Assembly: GCA_021827745.1 (NCBI GenBank)
Contig: JAKAUI010000037.1
Coordinates: forward strand, 6,742 to 70,741
DNA length: 64,000 nucleotides
Direction: 5' to 3'
From: Bacillota bacterium
GTDB taxonomy: Bacteria; Bacillota; Sulfobacillia; JAJZYS01; JAJZLH01
A model generated the notes under the pieces. That model was given only the letters and a program-made list of their open reading frames with translations, was not told the origin of the DNA and searched no databases. The translations under genes and the position numbers were made by a program. Shown here in pieces: positions 57,449 to 64,000 of the stretch. Within the stretch, counting starts at the first letter, position 1. Every line of letters starts with the position of its first letter.

Positions 57449-58723
57449 ATGCCGAAGATTCGACAGGTTCATGGCCGCCAGGTCTACGACTCGCGCGGCA
57501 ACCCCACCGTCGAGGTCGACGTGGTGCTGACGGACGAGACCACCGGCCGAGCTGCTGTGCCCTCCGGGGCCTCCACCGGTCGCTACGAGGCGGTGGAGCT
57601 CAGAGACGGCGGCAAGCCCTTCGGCGGCAAGGGCGTACTGAGGGCCCTCGCCCATGTCGACGGCGAGATCAGCCAGGCGCTCTGCGGCCTCGACGCCGAC
57701 GACCAGGCGGCGGTGGACAGTTGCCTGATCGCACTGGACGGCACACCGAACAAGAGCCGGCTCGGTGCCAACGCCGTGCTCGGCGCCAGCCTGGCCGTGG
57801 CCAGGGCCGCCGCCCATTCTCACCACCTGCCCCTGCACCGCTATCTGGCCAGGCCCGACCAAGAGATGTCGCTGCCGGTGCCTTTGCTGAACGTGCTGAA
57901 CGGCGGCCGCCATGCCGACAACCGCTTGGAGATCCAGGAGTTTCTGGTCGTGCCCCACGGATTTGACAGTTTCCAAGAGGCCATGGCGGCCGGTGTGGAG
58001 GTCTATCAGGCGCTGAGACGGGAGCTCGTGCTGATCGGCCAGCGCACCGCCGTCGGCGACGAGGGCGGGTTCGCACCGGATCTATCAGACGACGAAGAGG
58101 CCCTGCAGCTGCTTTTGCAGGCGGTGGAGCGGGCCGGGTTCGAGCCGGGTGCGCAGGTCTCTTTGGCCCTGGACCCGGCGGCCAGCGAGATGCGCGAGGC
58201 GGATGGCTATCGGCTGAACGGCGCCACGCTCAGCGCCAAGGACCTGACCGCTACGTACGCCGCCTGGACACAGCGCTTCCCCCTGGTGTCGATCGAAGAC
58301 CCGATGGACGAAGACGACACGACAGGCTGGCAGGCGGTGACGGCAGAGCTCGGCGGCCGGCTGCAGCTGATCGGCGACGACAACTTCGTCACGAACGCCG
58401 ACCGTCTGCGACAGGGCGCCAGTGAGCACATCGCCAACGCCATCTTGATCAAGCCGAACCAGGTCGGCACCCTCACCGAGACCTTGGCGACCATCTCAGC
58501 CGCCCGCCAGCTGGGATATCGATCGGTCGTCTCGCATCGCTCTGGCGACACCGAGGACACCTTCATCGCCGATCTGACCGTGGCCACCGGCGCCGGTCAG
58601 ATCAAGACGGGCGCCCCCTGCCGCCAGGAGCGCCTAGCCAAATACAACCGGCTGCTCAGAATCGCCGAGCAGGCTCCGAACCTTCCCTACGCCGGGCGGC
58701 TTGTCTTCGGCCGGGGCCGGTGA
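57449..58723 (+). CDS. eno: Enolase
   Basis: DSRGNPTVE, PSGASTG, GDEGGFAP, SHRSG, QIKTG. Confidence 0.97.
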   Translation: MPKIRQVHGRQVYDSRGNPTVEVDVVLTDETTGRAAVPSGASTGRYEAVELRDGGKPFGGKGVLRALAHVDGEISQALCGLDADDQAAVDSCLIALDGTPNKSRLGANAVLGASLAVARAAAHSHHLPLHRYLARPDQEMSLPVPLLNVLNGGRHADNRLEIQEFLVVPHGFDSFQEAMAAGVEVYQALRRELVLIGQRTAVGDEGGFAPDLSDDEEALQLLLQAVERAGFEPGAQVSLALDPAASEMREADGYRLNGATLSAKDLTATYAAWTQRFPLVSIEDPMDEDDTTGWQAVTAELGGRLQLIGDDNFVTNADRLRQGASEHIANAILIKPNQVGTLTETLATISAARQLGYRSVVSHRSGDTEDTFIADLTVATGAGQIKTGAPCRQERLAKYNRLLRIAEQAPNLPYAGRLVFGRGR

Positions 58724-58729
58724 TACGAT
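58701..58729 (+). promoter_or_regulatory. Sigma-A promoter for secG overlapping the eno stop
   Basis: TTGTCT-17bp-TACGAT with an extended TG. Confidence 0.65.
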
Positions 58730-58753
58730 CAGCGCCGAAGGGCGGGGAATCCT

Positions 58754-58990
58754 CTGTATACGGTATTGATCGCAGCCCAGATCGTGGTCGGCTTGGCCGT
58801 CGTCATCACCATTTTGCTGCAGTCCGGCCGTGGCGCCGGCTTTTCCGGGTTCACCGGGTCGGGCGCCGGCGGCGCCGAGTTCTTCTTTGGGCGGCAGAAG
58901 GGTCTCGATGAGGCGCTCGGGCGTCTGACCGGCATCCTGGCCGTCGTCTTCGTGGCGCTGACCTACGTCTTGGCCCGCCTCTGGACCTAG
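58754..58990 (+). CDS. secG: Preprotein translocase subunit SecG
   Basis: Two TMs, ILLQSG.GAG, L.RLT; position between eno and smpB. Start is CTG 58754 or TTG 58766. Confidence 0.92.
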   Translation: MYTVLIAAQIVVGLAVVITILLQSGRGAGFSGFTGSGAGGAEFFFGRQKGLDEALGRLTGILAVVFVALTYVLARLWT

Positions 58991-59012
58991 CCGTCGGATG
59001 GAATCGACTCCT

Positions 59013-59050
59013 GGGGGCGCTGCCGGCACAGCCGGGCGCCCCATTTTGTT
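59013..59050 (+). terminator. Possible intrinsic terminator after secG
   Basis: GGGGCGC..CCGGC-ACA-GCCGG-GCGCCCC hairpin followed by ATTTTGTT. Confidence 0.55.
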
Positions 59051-59080
59051 CGTTGGAGTGGAAAAGGGCGGGGTGATCAG

Positions 59081-59545
59081 ATGGCAAAGCGCCAGTCCGG
59101 CCAGGTGGCCGAAAATCGGCGCGCCCGCTTCGACTACCACCTAGGGGAGCGCTACGAGGCCGGCATCTCGCTGACCGGCAGCGAAGTGAAGTCGCTGCGC
59201 CAGGGCAAGGCGCAGCTGCAGGAGGCCTATGCCATCTTGAAGGAGGGCGAGGCGTTCTTGCTGGGTGCGCACATCGCACCCTACGACCGGGCGACCTTCA
59301 CCAACCACGATCCGACCAGGACCCGCAAACTGCTCCTGCACAAGCGGGAGCTGCGTGAGCTGGCGATGGCGGCTGGCCGCCAGGGGATGACGCTGGTGCC
59401 GATTCGGCTCTATTTCAACGACGCCGGACTAGCCAAGCTGGAGATCGCCCTCGGCCAGGGCAAGAAGGCTTATGATAAGCGCAGGGCGATCGCAGAGCGC
59501 GACGCTGAGCGCTCGATCCGTCGGGCGCTGAAGCGCCCGCGCTAG
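59081..59545 (+). CDS. smpB: SsrA-binding protein
   Basis: NRRARFDY, G.EVKSLR, RKLLLH, GKK.YDKR. Confidence 0.97.
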   Translation: MAKRQSGQVAENRRARFDYHLGERYEAGISLTGSEVKSLRQGKAQLQEAYAILKEGEAFLLGAHIAPYDRATFTNHDPTRTRKLLLHKRELRELAMAAGRQGMTLVPIRLYFNDAGLAKLEIALGQGKKAYDKRRAIAERDAERSIRRALKRPR

Positions 59546-59567
59546 CAGGTGACCGCAGAGGAGGTTT

Positions 59568-59923
59568 GGGGGCGAATCAGGTTCGACGTATGGCTGATGC
59601 ATGGGGGAGCGAGCCGAGGTCCCGTGCCTCGTAAAACAGCGGGAACACAGATAACTGCCAATAACAGTTACGCTCTCGCTGCCTAAGTAGGGCAGTGACG
59701 TCAGCATCGGTGCCCCTGCCGGCCGATGCACGACGAATGAGGCGGGGTGCTCCGCAAAGCGCGCCACTGGCTTTTCGGCTAAGACATTCAGCGGCTGGCG
59801 TCAGGGCCAATGTCCGGCTCCGGGGACGGTTCTGAGGCGAGACAAGATCCTGGAGACACGCTCGTAGAGCCCACGTGAAGCGGTTGTACGGACCGGGGGG
59901 GCAGTTCCCCCGCGCCTCCACCA
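59568..59923 (+). ncRNA. ssrA: tmRNA; tag peptide (A)ANNSYALAA* at 59657-59686
   Basis: GGGGGCG/CGCCTCC-ACCA acceptor stem with G3.U, GGTTCGAC, ATAACT-GCC resume context; directly after smpB. Confidence 0.96.
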
Positions 59924-59962
59924 ATTGTTTGACCCACGCTCTGGCACCGAGGAGGGCAGCCG

Positions 59963-60886
59963 ATGCGGGTGACGGTGATCGGCGCCGGCGCCATGGGCTG
60001 CCTGATCGCAGGCCGCCTGTCCCGGGCCGGCCACGAGACCACCTTGGTCAGCAGAAACCGGGCGACCCAGCTGGCCATTGCCGAAAGCGGCCTGGTGCTG
60101 GTCGAAGGCGATCAGCGGGCCGCGCTCCCGATCAACGTCGTCGCTGAGGCCGGCCCTGTCCCTGCTGACCTGGTCGTGATCATGGTCAAGGCAGACGACA
60201 CGGAGGGAGCCTGCGTCACCGCCCGGCCGGCCGTCGGGTCAGAGACGGCGGTGCTGACCCTGCAAAACGGGTTGGGCAACGTTGAGACCATCTCGGCGGC
60301 ATTTCCCAGCTGTCACCTGCTGGCCGGGACGACCACCCAGGGCGCCTTCACCGCTGGTCCTGGCCAGGTGGTGGTGGGCGGGAGCGGGCTTTCCAGCCTG
60401 GCCGCCATCCGGCCCTCCGACCGGAACCTTGCCCGGCAGGTCGCCGACCTGTTCGAGCGGGCTGGGCTTGCGGCGAGAGCGCTGGACGACGTCTGGCCGC
60501 TGATCTGGACCAAGCTGGCGCTAAACGCCGTGATCAATCCCATGGCGGCGCTCTTAGGCGTGGCGAACGGTGCGCTGCTCCGTCTGACAGAGACGAAGTC
60601 GCTGGCCGAAGGCGTTCTGGCCGAGGTGGCGGCGGTGGCAGCCAGCCGGGGCGTGTCGGTCGCCGTCGACTGGCCCGCCGTCCAGGCGGTGCTGGAGAGC
60701 ACCAGGGAAAACCGATGCTCGATGCTACAAGACCTCGCAGCCGGACATCGGACCGAGATCCGGGCCCTGAACGGCGCCGTCGCCAGGTACGGCGAGGAAG
60801 CAGCCATCCCCTGTCCGGTGAACGCCACGCTCGCCGGAATGATCGTCCTGGCCGAGCAGGCGCGCGGAATTTTCGCCAAGCCCTAG
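59963..60886 (+). CDS. panE: Ketopantoate reductase
   Basis: GAGAMG, LQNGLG, W.KL..N..IN, SMLQD, TEI..LNG. Confidence 0.93.
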   Translation: MRVTVIGAGAMGCLIAGRLSRAGHETTLVSRNRATQLAIAESGLVLVEGDQRAALPINVVAEAGPVPADLVVIMVKADDTEGACVTARPAVGSETAVLTLQNGLGNVETISAAFPSCHLLAGTTTQGAFTAGPGQVVVGGSGLSSLAAIRPSDRNLARQVADLFERAGLAARALDDVWPLIWTKLALNAVINPMAALLGVANGALLRLTETKSLAEGVLAEVAAVAASRGVSVAVDWPAVQAVLESTRENRCSMLQDLAAGHRTEIRALNGAVARYGEEAAIPCPVNATLAGMIVLAEQARGIFAKP

Positions 60887-60935
60887 ACAACATTATCCGA
60901 ACATATTACGCTGTTAGCGTCCTAATGTTCGGATA
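60884..60935 (+). promoter_or_regulatory. Promoter with flanking inverted repeat for the nucleobase permease
   Basis: TAGACA-17-TACGCT. TATCCGAACAT (60894) and ATGTTCGGATA (60925) bracket the -10. Confidence 0.7.
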
Positions 60936-60950
60936 TGGGAGGGCGGAGGC

Positions 60951-62357
60951 GTGGCCGTCAGGTCGGAGTATCGGGACGAGGTCCTGAAGGTTGAACCGAA
61001 GGGTGTCGAGCCGGTCCGCGACGAGGAGCGCCATGGCAAGCCATCGAGTCTGTTCACGTTGTGGTGGGGGGCAAACGTCGAGTTTGCGACGCTCGCTGTT
61101 GGCGCCCTGCCGATTGTCGTTTTCGGGCTGGGCTTTGGCCAGGCGGTGGTGGCCCTGGTCCTGGCCAACGTCCTCGGTGCCGCCCTCTTGGCCCTCTTGT
61201 CCCTCTACGGGCCGCGGCTGGGCGTGCCGCAGCTGATCCAGTCTCGCAAGGCCTTTGGGTATTATGGAAACTACGTGCCGGGCGTGCTGAACTTCGTGGC
61301 CGGTTTCGCCTGGTTCGCGGTGAACACCGTGCTCGGTGTGGAGGCCCTGCAGTACCTGATCGGCATCACCTTCGCCACCGCCCTGATCGTGATGCTGGTG
61401 GTGCAGGTGCTGATCGCCATCTTGGGCTACAACATGATTCACTCCTTCGAGCGGTACATGTCCATCCTGCTCACGGCCGTGTTCCTGATCGTCACCTACT
61501 ACGCCATCACCAAGGCGAACGTGACAATCGGCTTCAACCCGAAGGTGGCGGGCACAGCCGGATCGAGCGGCGCCTTCATCCTCACCTTCTCGGTGGTCTT
61601 CTCCTATCTGCTGGGCTGGATGGCCTTCTCCTCCGACTACTCCCGCTATCTGCCGAAGTCGACCAAGCCCAAGACTGTGTTCCACAATGTGTTCTGGTCG
61701 GCGCTGATCTCCTGCGCCTGGCTGGAGCTGGTTGGGCTGCTGCTGTCCACCGTCAAGCCGATCTTTGCACCCACCGACCTGGTGACCGGGCTGGTGCCGC
61801 ATGCCATCGCCGTCCTGGCCATGTTGGCCGTGATCGTCGGCACCATCACCGCCAACGTGCTGAACATCTATTCCGGCGCTCTGTCGGCCCTGGTCGTGAA
61901 CGTCCCGATCAAGCGCTGGCAGTCGGCGATCGTCGTCGGCGTGCTTGGCGCCATCGTGGCCTGGACCGCCGGCCAGGGCAACTTCCTTGCCAACTTCGAA
62001 TTCTTCCTGTTCCTGCTCGGCTACTGGGTCGCCCCCTGGGTGGCGATCGTGCTGGTCGACTATTTCCTGATCCAAAAGGGCGAGTACCGCACCGCCCTCT
62101 TCTACGACAAGAGCCGGGGCGTCCGACCCGGGTTCTGGTTCTGGATCGGCTCGGTGGCGGTGTCCGTACTGTTCATGAACCAGTACGTCAGCCCGCAGCT
62201 GAACTTCATCGGCCCGATCGCCAACGCCGTCCCGCAGCTCGGGGACATCACCTACTACGTCAGCTTCCTCTTGGCTGGCATCGGCTATCTCGTGTACAGC
62301 CGGGTCAAGGGATTGGCCGAGGAGCAGCCGGCCATGATGGAGACCGCCGGCAAGTAG
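60951..62357 (+). CDS. NCS1 purine-cytosine permease family transporter
   Basis: [32 protein letters not shown]; about 12 TMs. Confidence 0.92.
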   Translation: MAVRSEYRDEVLKVEPKGVEPVRDEERHGKPSSLFTLWWGANVEFATLAVGALPIVVFGLGFGQAVVALVLANVLGAALLALLSLYGPRLGVPQLIQSRKAFGYYGNYVPGVLNFVAGFAWFAVNTVLGVEALQYLIGITFATALIVMLVVQVLIAILGYNMIHSFERYMSILLTAVFLIVTYYAITKANVTIGFNPKVAGTAGSSGAFILTFSVVFSYLLGWMAFSSDYSRYLPKSTKPKTVFHNVFWSALISCAWLELVGLLLSTVKPIFAPTDLVTGLVPHAIAVLAMLAVIVGTITANVLNIYSGALSALVVNVPIKRWQSAIVVGVLGAIVAWTAGQGNFLANFEFFLFLLGYWVAPWVAIVLVDYFLIQKGEYRTALFYDKSRGVRPGFWFWIGSVAVSVLFMNQYVSPQLNFIGPIANAVPQLGDITYYVSFLLAGIGYLVYSRVKGLAEEQPAMMETAGK

Positions 62358-62371
62358 CGGCGAATCAGAGG

Positions 62372-62400
62372 AAGGGGCCGGCGCTTCGCCGGCCCCTTTT
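62372..62400 (+). terminator. Intrinsic terminator
   Basis: AAGGGGCCGGCG-CTT-CGCCGGCCCCTT followed by TT. Confidence 0.85.
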
Positions 62401-62446
62401 GTCATGGCCGATCGGGTACCATCGACGAAGACAGAGGGGGAGTTCG

Positions 62447-63172
62447 ATGCGCCAAGGACGGCGAGCCGATCAGATGAGAGCGGTGACCATCAGCCCGAAC
62501 TGGCTGACCCACGCCGAAGGTTCGGCGCTGATCTGCTGCGGGGCGACCCGTGTCCTGTGCGCCTGCTCGGTGGAAGAGCGGGTGCCGCCGTTTCGCCGGG
62601 GGTCGGGCGGCGGCTGGGTCACTGCCGAATATGCGCTGCTGCCTCGGTCCACCGTGACCCGCACGCCGCGTGAGGTGGCGAAGGGCGCTCCTGGCGGCCG
62701 TACCCATGAGATCCAGCGGCTGATCGGTCGCTCCTTGCGGGCCGTGGTCGACCTCGACCAGCTGGGCGAGCGGTCTCTCTGGCTGGACGCCGACGTCTTG
62801 GAGGCAGACGGGGGCACCCGAACGGCGGCCGTGACCGGCTGCTATGTGGCGATGGCGATCGCCGTGTCCGGTCTCGTCCGCTCCGGAGTCCTGGCACAGT
62901 CGCCGATTCGCCAGCCGGTAGCGGCGGTGTCGGTCGGCGTGGTCGACGGAGAGGCGCTGCTCGACCTCGAGTACCAAGAGGACGTGCGGGCCGAGGTCGA
63001 CATGAACGTGGTGCTCACCGGAGCGGGCCAGTTCGTGGAGGTGCAGGGGACGGCCGAAGGCGCTCCCTTCTCAGAGGCAACCCTGGCCCGCCTGCTGGCA
63101 CTGGCCAGAGGTGGGATCGCAGAGCTGCTTTCGGTGCAGGAAGAGGCGATCGCCAGGTCGTCAGGAGGTTGA
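62447..63172 (+). CDS. rph: Ribonuclease PH
   Basis: [36 protein letters not shown]. Confidence 0.97.
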   Translation: MRQGRRADQMRAVTISPNWLTHAEGSALICCGATRVLCACSVEERVPPFRRGSGGGWVTAEYALLPRSTVTRTPREVAKGAPGGRTHEIQRLIGRSLRAVVDLDQLGERSLWLDADVLEADGGTRTAAVTGCYVAMAIAVSGLVRSGVLAQSPIRQPVAAVSVGVVDGEALLDLEYQEDVRAEVDMNVVLTGAGQFVEVQGTAEGAPFSEATLARLLALARGGIAELLSVQEEAIARSSGG

Positions 63173-63174
63173 GC

Positions 63175-63780
63175 GTGCGGGTGTGGGTGGCCAGCCGCAA
63201 CCCGGGCAAGGTGGCGGAGCTGCAGGCGCTTCTCGGAGCAGGGCTCGACCTCGCCCCTTGGACGGGAGCGCATCTGGCTGAGGAGATTGGAGCGACCTAT
63301 CTGGAAAACGCCATGGCCAAGGCCGAGGCCGTGCGGGCGCAGACCCTGGACTGGGTGCTGGCCGATGACTCGGGGCTCGAGGTGGTGGCGCTCGGAGGCC
63401 GGCCGGGCATCCACAGCGCCCGCTATGCTGGCCTGACCGCGACCGATGGCGAAAATCGGGCCCGCCTCCTCGGCGAACTCGAGGGCGTCCCCGCAGGTGA
63501 GAGACAGGCCACATTTGTGGCGGTGTTGGTCCTGCTCCGGGTCGGCCACCGAGCCCTGGCCGCAACCGGGACCGCAAGCGGCACGATCGCTGAGACTGAA
63601 CGGGGGCAAGGCGGCTTCGGCTACGATCCGCTGTTCATTTCAGACGAGCTCGGAATCACCTTCGCCGAGGCGACGGCGTCTGAAAAGGCAGCCGTCTCCC
63701 ATCGAGGCAGAGCGGCGCGCCGCCTGCTGGCCGAGCTTGGGCGATCAGGCGGCTTTGACCCCCTGCGTCAGGGCGGATAG
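63175..63780 (+). CDS. rdgB: dITP/XTP pyrophosphatase (HAM1)
   Basis: ASRNPGK, ADDSGL, GFGYDP, SHRG; GGAGG RBS before GTG 63175. Confidence 0.95.
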   Translation: MRVWVASRNPGKVAELQALLGAGLDLAPWTGAHLAEEIGATYLENAMAKAEAVRAQTLDWVLADDSGLEVVALGGRPGIHSARYAGLTATDGENRARLLGELEGVPAGERQATFVAVLVLLRVGHRALAATGTASGTIAETERGQGGFGYDPLFISDELGITFAEATASEKAAVSHRGRAARRLLAELGRSGGFDPLRQGG

Positions 63781-63783
63781 AAT
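63755..63783 (+). promoter_or_regulatory. Sigma-A promoter of tRNA-Pro inside the rdgB 3' end
   Basis: TTGACC-17bp-TAGAAT. Confidence 0.8.
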
Positions 63784-63797
63784 GAACGAGCCAGCGT

Positions 63798-63874
<77 letters not shown>

Positions 63875-63879
63875 GAAAT

Positions 63880-63918
63880 AAACCCGCTTCCTAAAAAGGG
63901 ATAGCGGGTTTTCATTTT
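63880..63918 (+). terminator. Intrinsic terminator after the tRNA
   Basis: AAACCCGCT...AGCGGGTTT followed by TCATTTT. Confidence 0.75.
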
Positions 63919-64000
63919 GGCTTGAGAGGACACCGCAGCGCCGCTCAGAACGACTGCCTCTTCCGAGGCGGGGATGCTGCTCAGACCGTGACCGATCGAC

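Noticed and set aside
59924-59962. Element integrated at the tmRNA 3' end
   Set aside because: panE follows within 40 bp, with no integrase or att duplication.
60898-60931. LexA (CGAAC-N4-GTTCG) box or purine/TPP riboswitch before the permease
   Set aside because: The half-sites are far more than 4 bp apart, and the leader is too short for an aptamer.
61061-62446. 703-aa ORF suggesting an N-terminally extended RNase PH
   Set aside because: It is an off-frame overlap with the permease and crosses a terminator; rph has its own RBS at 62447.

Overview
High-GC bacterial chromosomal segment (GC not computed) made mostly of housekeeping genes. Gene content and order (glnR-glnA with a GlnR box, an Asp23-family gene, a DarA-like PII protein, gap-pgk-tpiA-gpmI-eno-secG-smpB-ssrA, rph-rdgB-tRNA-Pro) point to a high-GC Bacillota lineage. 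Charge-poor exported proteins hint at an acidophile (inference). About 14.5-21.6 kb looks like an accessory patch: ada/alkA-ogt-EamA, two SAM methyltransferases, a GNAT, a Phd-VapC pair with a nonsense-mutated toxin, and gene remnants. I saw no integrase, transposase, phage genes or CRISPR array, and nothing I can firmly call a new system. The best candidates are: an operon pairing an apparently dead and an intact nitrilase-family enzyme with a hot-dog thioesterase and an SIS protein; a Bacillus-type GlnR circuit controlling a GSI-beta glutamine synthetase; a tmRNA with a non-canonical T-arm; recurring CUG/ACG starts; a cluster of apparently leaderless genes; a decayed DRG-type TGS remnant; and a 56-aa membrane microprotein missing from the ORF track.
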